Shown here piece by piece: positions 27,044 through 36,332 of a DNA stretch of 64,000 bases (positions are counted from its first letter, which is position 1; every line of letters starts with the position of its first letter). The stretch lies in the NCBI GenBank assembly GCA_003563465.1, contig PWVH01000037.1:674-64673 (forward strand), given 5' to 3'. A program made the position numbers and the translations under genes. The DNA is from Coriobacteriaceae bacterium. GTDB lineage: Bacteria > Actinomycetota > Coriobacteriia > Anaerosomatales > SLCP01. The notes under the pieces are model-generated. The model was given only the letters and a program-made list of their open reading frames with translations, had not been told where the DNA came from and did no database searches.

Positions 27044-27111
27044 TTGGGATTGCGTGGGATGAATTCCCATATAGGTGTTGCAATGTGGGATGAAGTGGAA
27101 TACAGTGTGAG
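27044..27111 (+). promoter_or_regulatory. MraZ operator: five phased GTGGGAT-like direct repeats (2 + 3) with 10-bp periodicity
   Basis: The repeats are TTGGGAT 27044, GTGGGAT 27054, GTGGGAT 27085, GTGGAAT 27095 and GTGTGAG 27105. An inverted TCCCA lies at 27065. The array is immediately upstream of mraZ. Confidence 0.7.
27078..27106 (+). promoter_or_regulatory. candidate sigma-A promoter of the dcw cluster (TTGCAA-17-TACAGT)
   Basis: The -35 TTGCAA is at 27078-27083 and the -10 TACAGT at 27101-27106, with a 17-nt spacer. The spacer and -10 are covered by the three proximal MraZ boxes. Confidence 0.5.
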
Positions 27112-27187
27112 ACACACGCGAGGCACTCATTCACACGTATAGGGCTTGCAAGTACACGACCAGAGGGAGTGGGGAGGACAGCTCACG

Positions 27188-27622
27188 ATGTTCCTCGGCG
27201 ACTACCAGCATACGTTGGACGCTAAGGGGCGCGTGTCTTTACCTGCGAAGTTCCGTGGCGAGATGACCGGAAAGCTCGTCATTGCGAAGGGCTTCGAGGG
27301 GTGTCTCTACATCTACCCTGCAGAGAAGTACGGGGAGTTCGTGGATCGTCTTATGGAGAGAGACGATTTCAACCCGCAGTTCCGTAAGGTCCGCAGGTTC
27401 TTCACTTCTGGAGCCGTCGAAACCGAACTCGATGCCACGGGTCGCGTAAGCCTACCTCAGATACTGCGCGAGTACGCGGGACTGGACAAGGACGTCTCGA
27501 TCACCGGAAACGGCGACCGGATAGAGATATGGGACAACGCGAAGTGGACCGAGTACAACGGTCACACTACGGACAATATCGAGCAGGATGCCGAGGAGCT
27601 CGCCGATATCGGTCTGCTCTAG
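27188..27622 (+). CDS. mraZ: division/cell wall cluster transcriptional regulator MraZ
   Basis: 144 aa from ATG 27188 (GGGGAGGA SD). It begins MFLGDYQHTLDAKGRVSLPAKFR and has a second repeat, DATGRVSLPQILR. Confidence 0.93.
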   Translation: MFLGDYQHTLDAKGRVSLPAKFRGEMTGKLVIAKGFEGCLYIYPAEKYGEFVDRLMERDDFNPQFRKVRRFFTSGAVETELDATGRVSLPQILREYAGLDKDVSITGNGDRIEIWDNAKWTEYNGHTTDNIEQDAEELADIGLL

Positions 27623-27632
27623 GGCTTTGAGA

Positions 27633-28568
27633 ATGGAATACCGGCACATCCCGGTTTTGCCGGCCGAGGTCACGAAGCAACTTTCGATGCACCCCGGTTC
27701 TATCATCGTCGACTGTACCTTAGGCGGGGCAGGACACGCGAAACGGATAGCAGATTCAATCGCTCCCACTGGAACACTTGTGGGCATCGACCAAGATGAC
27801 GCAGCACTCAACGCAGCAGCAGACGTACTACGCCTCGGCCGGCAAGCCATCTTGTTGAAGGGGAACTTCGCCGATCTCGACCGCTTGCTGTCGCAAGCCG
27901 GAATCGCCTACGCGGACGGGTTCCTCTTCGACCTCGGTGTCTCCTCCGCGCAGCTCGACTCTCCCGAACGAGGTTTTTCCTACAGACAGGAAGCTGCGCT
28001 CGACATGCGGATGGATCCTTCAAGTGGAGGAATCACCGCCGCAGACGTGGTCAACACGTACTCAGAAGCCGAACTGACGCGGATCGTCCGCGAGTACGGT
28101 GAGGAACGGTGGGCCTCGCGCATCGCAGCATTCATTGTAGCTGCGCGAGGCCGCCGGTCCATCACGACAACGACAGAGCTTGTCGAGATAGTCAAGGACG
28201 CGGTTCCTGCCTCGGCCAGACGAAGTGGCCCGCATCCCGCACGGCGAACCTTCCAGGCGTTGCGTATCGAGGTGAATAAGGAACTGGCAGTGCTCGAGAA
28301 GGGATTACATTCCGCGGTCAGGTGGCTGTCGACGGGAGGCAGAATCGTCGTGATCAGCTATCACTCGCTTGAGGACCGCGTGGTGAAGAGTGTCTTCTCC
28401 GAACTCGTTTCCAAGTGCGAGTGCCCTCCCGACTTGCCAACATGTGTCTGCGGGAAAGTGCCGGTACTCCAGGTTCTGACCAAACGCCCTGTCGTTCCGA
28501 CAGAGGCTGAAGTGAAGCGCAACCCGCGTGCGCGAAGTGCGAGACTGCGGGCGGCGGAGAAGTTGTAG
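27633..28568 (+). CDS. rsmH: 16S rRNA (cytosine1402-N4)-methyltransferase RsmH
   Basis: 311 aa from ATG 27633 with HIPVL, DCTLGGAGH, DLGVSS and SYHSLEDR motifs. Confidence 0.93.
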   Translation: MEYRHIPVLPAEVTKQLSMHPGSIIVDCTLGGAGHAKRIADSIAPTGTLVGIDQDDAALNAAADVLRLGRQAILLKGNFADLDRLLSQAGIAYADGFLFDLGVSSAQLDSPERGFSYRQEAALDMRMDPSSGGITAADVVNTYSEAELTRIVREYGEERWASRIAAFIVAARGRRSITTTTELVEIVKDAVPASARRSGPHPARRTFQALRIEVNKELAVLEKGLHSAVRWLSTGGRIVVISYHSLEDRVVKSVFSELVSKCECPPDLPTCVCGKVPVLQVLTKRPVVPTEAEVKRNPRARSARLRAAEKL

Positions 28569-28618
28569 GATGCGTCGCGCCGGTGCGACGCATCGGGGTC
28601 TGGAGAGGAGGAACGGGT

Positions 28619-29212
28619 ATGGCTGTCTCGGCTCATTGCCGAAGGTTGCACGCTACCCGAACGTCTTTCATACCCGTTCTCCGTGCAGTGGGCGGCTGGG
28701 CCCAAACTCGCAAGCCGAAGTCGGCCCGCCGCGTCATCAGAGCGGACGGCCCGGCCCGCTCGTCGGCACGTCAGACTGCGCATTGTCGTCGCGCCTTTCA
28801 GGTCGCGTGCGTCGTGCTCACCTTGTCGTGTGGGGTCGCAATGGGAAGGGTCGCTCTGGTCGTGCAAGCCACAGAGGCTTCCCTCGAGGCGAATATGCTC
28901 AAGCAGAGTATCGAGAACGAAGTGATCAGGGGCGAGACGCTCGAGGCGAATCGCAGCGCGTTGGAGATGCCGGCTCGAATCAAGAGTATCGCTGGCGCCT
29001 CGATGGGGATGGACCCGGCTATGGAGGTATCCTATCTGACCATTCCGAAGTCAACCGAGGCTGAGGAGACGGCCGGGGAGGTAGCTCGAGGACGTGGGAC
29101 GCCTGAATCCTCCGAGCGTATAGCCAACGTGCTTGCCAGTGTGATGCGCATGACTGCAGGCGAAGCTGAGGTGCTCCTGGTCGGTGACGCAGGGCTCGCG
29201 TCGTCGCGATGA
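28619..29212 (+). CDS. ftsL: FtsL-like cell division protein
   Basis: ATG 28619 has a GGAGAGGAGG SD. The protein has an Arg-rich cytoplasmic tail, one TM helix (AFQVACVVLTLSCGVAMGRVALVV), a coiled-coil and RIKSIAGASMGMDPA. It occupies the canonical slot between rsmH and ftsI. Confidence 0.75.
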   Translation: MAVSAHCRRLHATRTSFIPVLRAVGGWAQTRKPKSARRVIRADGPARSSARQTAHCRRAFQVACVVLTLSCGVAMGRVALVVQATEASLEANMLKQSIENEVIRGETLEANRSALEMPARIKSIAGASMGMDPAMEVSYLTIPKSTEAEETAGEVARGRGTPESSERIANVLASVMRMTAGEAEVLLVGDAGLASSR

Positions 29213-29240
29213 GTGCGGTCGGCGCGCGGGAGGTGTGCCG

Positions 29241-30989
29241 GTGGCGAAGCGAAAACGTCCTGCGGGACTGAGCCGCGAACGACACACCCTGGTTCTGCTC
29301 ATAATGCTCGCCGCACTGCTGGCGGTGGGCGTGCGCCTCGTCTACCTGCAGGCGTATGCTGCGCCGATGTATGCAGAGCGCGCGCAGAATCAAAGGACTC
29401 GTGACATAGAGATCGCGCCGAAGCGGGGGACCATCTTCGATCGAGACGGTGAGCCGCTGGCTGTGTCGCGAGAGGCACGCACCATCTATGCTTCCCCGCG
29501 GCTCGTAGAAGACGCGACGGCGACTGCAGAAGTGCTTTCGATAGTACTCGGCGGCGAGGTCTCCGACTACGTGGAGCGTCTGAGAAGCGACAAAGGGTTC
29601 GCCTACATCTCTCGTAAAGTCGATCCTGAGCGTGCCGAGGCGGTGGAAGAGCTTCGACTGAAAGGAATAGGGCTGCTGAAGGATTCCCGACGCACATATC
29701 CGTCGGGGGAGTTGGCAGCTCAAGTCCTTGGGTTCACCGGAATCGATGACGAGGGTCTGAGCGGGCTGGAACTACACTACGATTCGTTGCTCGCCGGTGA
29801 ACCGGGGTTCGTTCTGGCCGAGCGGGACCCGTTCGGCCGACCTATACCCGGCGGAGTGATGCACACGGAGGAGCCGGTTGACGGCAGCGACATCGTGCTC
29901 ACGATCGACAGGGACGTCCAATACGTGGCTCAACTCGAACTCCAGACAGCGGTTGAGAAATGGCAGGCTGCTGCCGGCTCGATCGTGGTCATGGATCCTG
30001 CAAGCGGCGAGATACTGGCCATGGCCTCTGTACCGGGGTTCAATCCTAATCGCTTCGCGGATGCTGACTCCTCGGCGTATCGAAACAGGTCGATCACCGA
30101 TGTATATGAACCGGGATCAACACTGAAGGCTATTACCGGAGTGTCAGTGATCGACGCCGGGCTCTACGATTCACACAGCATGTTCGAGATTCCTCCGACC
30201 CTGAAAGTCGCCGGCAGAACGATCAAGGAGGCTCATCCTAGGCCCACGGTTAACTGGTCGCTCACCGAGATCGTGACGAACTCGTCTAACGTGGGCTCGG
30301 TGATTTTGGGCATGGCCTTGGGCGAGCAGCAACTCTACGACTACTTAGACAGGTTCGGGTTCACGGAAAAGACCGGGGTGGACTTCCCGGGTGAGGCGGT
30401 CGGGCACGTTCCACCGGTCGATTCGTGGTCTGCCACTTCGATCGCCAACATCCCGTTCGGGCAAGGTGTCTCGATGACCCCGCTGCAGCTTGCACGGGCC
30501 TTCTCGGCTATCGCCAACGGGGGCGAGCTTGTGAAGCCCCACTTCTTGCTCGAGGTTCCCGAGGAACCGCACGTTCGTGCCTCCAGGCAGAAACGCAGGG
30601 CGATTTCGGAGGAAGCGGCCGAAGCCATGTGTGAGGCGCTCAAGGCGGCTGTGAGCGAGGGCACCGGATCTGCGGCCGCTGTCGAAGGTTACGAGGTGGC
30701 CGGCAAGACCGGGACTGCTCAGAAAGCGCGGACCGACGGCCGCGGCTATGCGCCTGGGAAGTACGTGGCGTCTTTCTCGGGATTCCTGCCTGCCGAAGAT
30801 CCAAGAGTACTCGTAGTGGTCATGATCGATGAGCCTAAAGGAGCGATCTACGGGGGCGTGGTCGCCGCACCCGTCTTCTCTGAGGTAGCTCGCTTCACGG
30901 TCTCGCATCTGAGGATTCCACCGACGGCTCTACCAGCGTTTTCTGAATCCGATGTCGTTACGGCAACAGCTGAGCAAGACACGCCATGA
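29241..30989 (+). CDS. ftsI: class B penicillin-binding protein (FtsI-type transpeptidase)
   Basis: Has a TM anchor (LVLLIMLAALLAVGV) and the transpeptidase motifs STLK, SSN and KTGT. GTG 29241 with a GGGAGG SD is preferred over the ORF-track GTG at 29184. Confidence 0.9.
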   Translation: MAKRKRPAGLSRERHTLVLLIMLAALLAVGVRLVYLQAYAAPMYAERAQNQRTRDIEIAPKRGTIFDRDGEPLAVSREARTIYASPRLVEDATATAEVLSIVLGGEVSDYVERLRSDKGFAYISRKVDPERAEAVEELRLKGIGLLKDSRRTYPSGELAAQVLGFTGIDDEGLSGLELHYDSLLAGEPGFVLAERDPFGRPIPGGVMHTEEPVDGSDIVLTIDRDVQYVAQLELQTAVEKWQAAAGSIVVMDPASGEILAMASVPGFNPNRFADADSSAYRNRSITDVYEPGSTLKAITGVSVIDAGLYDSHSMFEIPPTLKVAGRTIKEAHPRPTVNWSLTEIVTNSSNVGSVILGMALGEQQLYDYLDRFGFTEKTGVDFPGEAVGHVPPVDSWSATSIANIPFGQGVSMTPLQLARAFSAIANGGELVKPHFLLEVPEEPHVRASRQKRRAISEEAAEAMCEALKAAVSEGTGSAAAVEGYEVAGKTGTAQKARTDGRGYAPGKYVASFSGFLPAEDPRVLVVVMIDEPKGAIYGGVVAAPVFSEVARFTVSHLRIPPTALPAFSESDVVTATAEQDTP

Positions 30990-31038
30990 GGGAGAATATC
31001 CCATGCTAGAATCTACCTTCACATCGTGGTGAGAGAGA

Positions 31039-32499
31039 GTGGCTGACATACGCATCCGACAACTCTTCGAAGGGTCGGGAATGGCCATCGACGCCGATGT
31101 CGCCGATGTCGAGGTTGGTGGAGTAGCGTACCGTTCGGATCGGGTGTCGCCCGGTGACGCCTTCTTCTGCGTTCCTGGATTCGTACATGACGGACATGAA
31201 TTCGGCGCCGAAGCGGCGGCACGTGGCGCAGTGGCCCTCGTGTGCCAGCGCAGGGTTGCTGATGTGGGCGATATCCCTCAGGTAGTCGTGGAAAACACAC
31301 GAATCGCCCTCGCTCACGCATCGGCAATCTTCTATGGAGACCCGAGTCATGAAATGGCAGTCGTGGGTATAACCGGGACCAACGGCAAGACGACCACCAC
31401 ATATCTGGTGGACAGCATCGCTCGGGCTGCCGGACATACCACAGGGATACTGGGTACTGTGGAGATCCGGATGGCGGACGACAGAATCGCCACGTCTCGC
31501 ACTACACCCGAGTCCACCGATCTACAACGCATGCTCGCCGAGATGCGTGAGGTTGGCGTCGACACGGTATCCATGGAAGTGTCGTCCCATGCGATCGATC
31601 TGCATCGGGTGACATCCGTCCGCTTCGCGGTAGCGGCTTTCACGAATCTCTCTCAGGACCATTTCGACTACCATCACACGATTGAGGAGTACTTCTCTGT
31701 GAAACGGCGCCTGTTCACCGAGTTCGAGGTGGGAGAACGGGTCATCAACATAGATGATGTCCTAGGCGCTGGCATGGCTCTGGAATTCGGCGATGCGCTT
31801 ACCGTGGGCAGGGACCCCGAAGCAGCGATACGCGCTGTCGACGAGAAGCTTTCGTCTCGTGGAGCCCGGTTCATCTTGCTTACCCCGGTAGGCGAGGTCG
31901 GAGTCGAGCTACCCCTTGCTGCCAAGTACAATGTGGAGAACGCTCTGGTCGCAGCGGGCTGCGGGCTTGCGTTGGGGCTGCCGCTCGATGCGATAGCAGA
32001 AGGCCTGTCCTCGGCTCCTCAGGTACCTGGCCGTCTGGAGCGCATAGACGCCGGTCAGCCCTTCGAAGTGTTCGTAGACTATGCTCACACGCCGGACAGC
32101 CTCGACAAGGCGGTGGACGCTGTCCGCAGCATCATATCCGGCAGCGTGATCGTGGTCTTTGGCTGCGGGGGAGATCGCGATCCGGACAAGCGACCCATGA
32201 TGGGGCACGTCGCCGCACAGACCGCCGACCATATCGTCGTCACAAGCGACAATCCTCGCTCCGAAGATCCCGTGGGAATCATCCTGCAGATCGAGGACGG
32301 GATACGTTCTGTCGGCGGCTCGTACGAGATCGAGGTCGACCGGCGGAAAGCCATCGCCCTTGCCCTGGCCCAGGCCTCACCCGGCGATGCCGTTCTGATT
32401 GCAGGAAAGGGGCACGAGGACTACCAGGTGTTCGCGGATCGCACGATTCACTTCGACGACCGTGAAGTCGCATCTGAGGAGCTGCAGGCCAAGTGCTGA
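31039..32499 (+). CDS. murE: UDP-N-acetylmuramoyl-L-alanyl-D-glutamate--2,6-diaminopimelate ligase
   Basis: Has the P-loop GITGTNGKTTT and a DNPR motif (VTSDNPRSEDP), which is typical of meso-DAP-adding MurE. Confidence 0.93.
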   Translation: MADIRIRQLFEGSGMAIDADVADVEVGGVAYRSDRVSPGDAFFCVPGFVHDGHEFGAEAAARGAVALVCQRRVADVGDIPQVVVENTRIALAHASAIFYGDPSHEMAVVGITGTNGKTTTTYLVDSIARAAGHTTGILGTVEIRMADDRIATSRTTPESTDLQRMLAEMREVGVDTVSMEVSSHAIDLHRVTSVRFAVAAFTNLSQDHFDYHHTIEEYFSVKRRLFTEFEVGERVINIDDVLGAGMALEFGDALTVGRDPEAAIRAVDEKLSSRGARFILLTPVGEVGVELPLAAKYNVENALVAAGCGLALGLPLDAIAEGLSSAPQVPGRLERIDAGQPFEVFVDYAHTPDSLDKAVDAVRSIISGSVIVVFGCGGDRDPDKRPMMGHVAAQTADHIVVTSDNPRSEDPVGIILQIEDGIRSVGGSYEIEVDRRKAIALALAQASPGDAVLIAGKGHEDYQVFADRTIHFDDREVASEELQAKC

Positions 32500-33905
32500 C
32501 GCTGAAGGTGGACACCTTGACGTCGGTGGCAGAGGGCACTCTCGTGAGCGGCTCAGGTGAGACGATGGTCAACGGAATCAGTATCGACTCCCGTTGCGTG
32601 GAGCCAGGGGCAGCATTTGTTGCCTTTTCGGGAGAGCATGCAGACGGGCATGACTTCCTTGAGGAAGCGATAGCAAGGGGAGCGCGCGGTCTGCTGGTCA
32701 CACGCAGTGCCGAACAACTCGAGAAGGTCATCGAATCGGCTGTCGGCCGCGGAATAGCGGTAATCAGGGTGCCAGACGCACTCACGGCCGTACAGAGACT
32801 TGCTTCATACCACAGGGACCGACTGTTCTGCCCTGTCGTGGGAGTGACCGGGTCGACTGGCAAGACCACAACCAAGGAGTTCTTGACTACGGTCCTGGGC
32901 ACGCGATTCAAAGTGATTTCGACGCGCGGGAACCGCAACAACGAGCTGGGCGTTCCTCTGACCGTGATGGACGCCAGGGCCGACACCGACGTGCTCGTGG
33001 TGGAGATGGCTATGCGCGGACACGGGCAGATATCTCAGCTGTGCGACATCGCCCGGCCCGGCATCGGACTCGTGACCAACGTCGGCATGAGCCACATCGA
33101 GCTTCTCGGCACGCAGGAAGAGATAGCCTCGGCCAAGGCCGAGCTGGTCGGCTACATACCCGAGGAGGGCGTGAACTTCCTAAACGGTGACGACGCATTC
33201 ACGGCAGTGATCGCGCTTTCGTCCCGGGCCCCGGTCATCAGGTACGGTCTCGGCGAGGCATGCGATGTGCGGGCTGAGGAGATAAAGATGGATGCCGACA
33301 GCGTCGCCTCGTTCGATCTTGTGACGTCCGAGGCGCGAACGAGGGTGACGCTTTCGATTCCAGGACGGCACAACGTGTACAACGCACTCGCTGCAGCATC
33401 AGTGGGCATTCACCTGGGAGTGTCGCCGGAGCAGGTGCTCGAAGGGCTGGCCGCGGCCAGCGCTGGCGAGATGCGCATGCAGTCCTTCACGAGCGCGGCG
33501 GGCGTGCACGTGATAAACGATGCATACAACGCAAATCCGACATCGATGCGCGCCGCTGTGGAGACACTTGCAGGCATGCGTGCCGCTCAGCGGCGGGTGG
33601 CCGTCCTTGGCGACATGGCCGAGCTGGGTTCGCTCGCTGAACTGGCTCACTTTCGTATCGGCGAGGAGGTCGCCCGCAGACCGATCGACATCCTGGTGAC
33701 CATCGGAGAGCGGGCTTCACGTATCGCGGACGGAGCGCGTGCCGAAGGTATGGAATCCGATCTCGTACGGCCGTGCGCTACCGTCGAAGAAGCGTCGGAG
33801 CTCTTGGACGATCTGCTAGAACCGGGCGATGCCGTTTTGGTCAAGGCCTCACGCGTGATGGGTCTGGAACGCATAGTGGAAGGAATAGTCGAGCCTCGTG
33901 TTTAG
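32493..33905 (+). CDS. murF: UDP-N-acetylmuramoyl-tripeptide--D-alanyl-D-alanine ligase
   Basis: 470 aa with the P-loop GVTGSTGKTTTKE, in the canonical dcw position. The start overlaps the murE stop. Confidence 0.93.
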   Translation: MLTLKVDTLTSVAEGTLVSGSGETMVNGISIDSRCVEPGAAFVAFSGEHADGHDFLEEAIARGARGLLVTRSAEQLEKVIESAVGRGIAVIRVPDALTAVQRLASYHRDRLFCPVVGVTGSTGKTTTKEFLTTVLGTRFKVISTRGNRNNELGVPLTVMDARADTDVLVVEMAMRGHGQISQLCDIARPGIGLVTNVGMSHIELLGTQEEIASAKAELVGYIPEEGVNFLNGDDAFTAVIALSSRAPVIRYGLGEACDVRAEEIKMDADSVASFDLVTSEARTRVTLSIPGRHNVYNALAAASVGIHLGVSPEQVLEGLAAASAGEMRMQSFTSAAGVHVINDAYNANPTSMRAAVETLAGMRAAQRRVAVLGDMAELGSLAELAHFRIGEEVARRPIDILVTIGERASRIADGARAEGMESDLVRPCATVEEASELLDDLLEPGDAVLVKASRVMGLERIVEGIVEPRV

Positions 33906-34941
33906 ACTGGCGCAGTACCCTACATATCAGGTATTCCTCGCTGTTGTGATAGCCATGCTCGCAGCGGGTGCGCTACTGCCTCTCTGGATACGGTTGCTGC
34001 GCTTCCGAAGCATCGGGCAGCAGGTGCGCGCCGACGGCCCACAAGGCCATCTCGTCAAACAGGGGACGCCTACTATGGGCGGCGTGCTCATCTTGCTGGT
34101 GGTGGCGGGGACCTATGTGTTCCTCGGCGCCTTCGGGCGTCTGAGCCTGCTCGCACTCGCGGCAACTGCTGCCTGCGGGCTGCTCGGTTTCATAGACGAT
34201 TGGGCCAAAGTCGTGCACGAGCGCTCTCTCGGTCTGACGCCGAGAGCCAAGATTCTGATTCAGGCGATCGTTGCGCTCGGCTTCGGCTTGCTTGCGGTCA
34301 ACTGGGCTGGCTTGTCAACAGTCGTCGACCTGCCGCTGACGGGCTTGACTCTGGACCTCGGACTCAGAGTCAGTGTTGTCGACTTGGCTGGGTACGCGTT
34401 CGTAGTGCCATGGCTTTATCTGGCACTGGTTTTCATCATCATCGTTGGGACGTCTAACGCCGTGAACCTGACCGACGGTCTGGACGGGCTTGCTGCCGGC
34501 ACCGTCACGATCGTGATGCTCGCTTACGCTGGCATAGCATTCAGACAGGATCGGCTCGAGATCGCATTGCTTGCGGCCGCGATCGCGGGGGCGTGCGTCG
34601 GCTTTCTTTGGTACAACTCGCATCCAGCCGACATCTTCATGGGAGATACCGGATCGCTTGGATTGGGAGCCGCCATTGCCACGATGGCGATCATAACCAA
34701 GACGGAGCTACTCCTCGTGCTTATCGGCGGCATCTACGTTGCGGAGACGCTATCGGTAATTCTGCAGGTAGCATTCTTCAAGTCCACGGGCAGACGTATC
34801 TTCCGGATGGCTCCCCTGCACCATCATTTCGAGATGAAGGGCTGGTCGGAGACGAAGACGATGGTGCGCTTCTGGATCGTTACGGGGATTCTGGCAGGCG
34901 CTGGCTTCTCGCTGTACTTCGTGGAATCCGTGAGGCGGTGA
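33898..34941 (+). CDS. mraY: phospho-N-acetylmuramoyl-pentapeptide transferase
   Basis: 347 aa and polytopic with NAVNLTDGLDGLAAG, MGDTGSLGLGAA and PLHHHFE motifs. Confidence 0.95.
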   Translation: MFRLAQYPTYQVFLAVVIAMLAAGALLPLWIRLLRFRSIGQQVRADGPQGHLVKQGTPTMGGVLILLVVAGTYVFLGAFGRLSLLALAATAACGLLGFIDDWAKVVHERSLGLTPRAKILIQAIVALGFGLLAVNWAGLSTVVDLPLTGLTLDLGLRVSVVDLAGYAFVVPWLYLALVFIIIVGTSNAVNLTDGLDGLAAGTVTIVMLAYAGIAFRQDRLEIALLAAAIAGACVGFLWYNSHPADIFMGDTGSLGLGAAIATMAIITKTELLLVLIGGIYVAETLSVILQVAFFKSTGRRIFRMAPLHHHFEMKGWSETKTMVRFWIVTGILAGAGFSLYFVESVRR

Positions 34942-34942
34942 G

Positions 34943-36331
34943 ATGGAGGAGCTGAGGGGTGACATCCTGGTGGCGGGTCTCGGTGTCTCAGGTGAGGCCG
35001 TTGCGATGTACTGCGCCCGCAAAGCCGCCGAGGGAGATTCCGTGACGGTCACGGTTGTGGACGGCGGTGACTCCCAGGCCCTGCGTTCGAGGGCCGAGCG
35101 CCTCCGCTCTTCGGGTGCGCGCGTGGCACTTGCAGCCGAGAGCATAGACGGCGAATACGACCTGGCCGTCGTGAGCCCGGGGATACCTCGCCACTCCGTA
35201 CTGCTCTCACTGGCACGTGCTGCGTCCGCAGAGGTCATCTCGGAGATCGAATTCGCATTCCGCCGTTCGGAGGCTCCATGGCTGGCGGTGACCGGCACGA
35301 ACGGGAAGACCACCGTGACCAGCCTCCTCGGCCACCTGCTAATCTCGGGTGGTGTTTCGGCCCGGGTGGTGGGCAACATCGGTTCTCCGGCGACAGCTGC
35401 AGTTGACGAAATAGGCCCCACAGGCGCTCTCGTGGCGGAAGTGTCCTCCTTCCAGCTAGCCTTCATCGACACGTTTCATCCGAGAGTGTCGGTGCTGCTC
35501 AACATCACGCCCGATCATCTCGACTGGCATGGTGGGATGGAGGCCTACGTTGCCGACAAGGGACGCATATTCGACAGGCAAGGAGTGGATGACACGGCAG
35601 TGATCGACGCCGACGATTCCGGTTCCGCCGCGTTCATAGATCCAGTCGGAGCACGCGGGATTCGCGTGGTCGCGGTCAGCCGATGCGACTCTGCCTGTGG
35701 CGGTGCATGGTTGGACGAGGATGGAATGCTCATGGCTCAGACCGCATCAGGAGCCGTCTCGCTGGTTCCCCGCGATGCTCTGCTGGTGCGCGGGGACCAC
35801 AACGTGAGCAATGCACTTGCGGCTTCGGCCGCAGCTCTCGCTTTCGGTGTTCCCCCGGATGCGGTGCGTGTGGGTCTGGAGGCCTTCCGGCCTATCGAAC
35901 ATCGGCTCGAGCCGGTAGGCGAGGTCGGCGGCGTGGAGTACTTCAACGACTCCAAAGCGACGAATCCCGATGCGGTCATCAAGGCGCTCAGTGCTTTCAA
36001 CGACAGACCAGTCACGCTGCTACTCGGGGGGCGGAACAAAGGTAACAGCTTCGCCGAGCTGGCCGAAGAGATCTGCGACTACGACGCGCGCGTCGTTTTG
36101 TTCGGTGAGGCTGCATCCGAGATCGCAGCAGCTCTGGTACCGGCAGATGTTGTCTTCGATCACGAGTCTACGCTCGAAAGCGCGGTTCAGCGCGCCAAAG
36201 CGATCGCCGAGCCAGGGAGTGCTGTGGTTCTGTCGCCTGGATGCGCTTCCTTCGATGAGTTCGCCGATTACGTCGAGCGCGGCCGTGTGTTCAAGTCGCT
36301 TGTATCTCGGATGGCCGAGGAAGGAGTCTGA
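34943..36331 (+). CDS. murD: UDP-N-acetylmuramoylalanine--D-glutamate ligase
   Basis: 462 aa with the P-loop AVTGTNGKTTVTS. The ATG lies 1 nt after the mraY stop. Confidence 0.93.
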   Translation: MEELRGDILVAGLGVSGEAVAMYCARKAAEGDSVTVTVVDGGDSQALRSRAERLRSSGARVALAAESIDGEYDLAVVSPGIPRHSVLLSLARAASAEVISEIEFAFRRSEAPWLAVTGTNGKTTVTSLLGHLLISGGVSARVVGNIGSPATAAVDEIGPTGALVAEVSSFQLAFIDTFHPRVSVLLNITPDHLDWHGGMEAYVADKGRIFDRQGVDDTAVIDADDSGSAAFIDPVGARGIRVVAVSRCDSACGGAWLDEDGMLMAQTASGAVSLVPRDALLVRGDHNVSNALAASAAALAFGVPPDAVRVGLEAFRPIEHRLEPVGEVGGVEYFNDSKATNPDAVIKALSAFNDRPVTLLLGGRNKGNSFAELAEEICDYDARVVLFGEAASEIAAALVPADVVFDHESTLESAVQRAKAIAEPGSAVVLSPGCASFDEFADYVERGRVFKSLVSRMAEEGV

Positions 36332-36332
36332 G

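Noticed and set aside
35970-36332. N-terminal extensions suggested by the longest-ORF track for ftsW. The same applies to 56881-57171 (rluD), 11753-12007 (772-aa protein), 10135-10329 (GT-A), 4027-4158 (tlyA), 58415-58513 (pyrR), 27146-27187 (mraZ), 27588-27632 (rsmH) and 59933-59989 (pyrC).
   Set aside because: The extensions overlap the preceding gene or a regulatory RNA and lack homology-like sequence. In each case an internal start with a good SD gives the canonical N-terminus.
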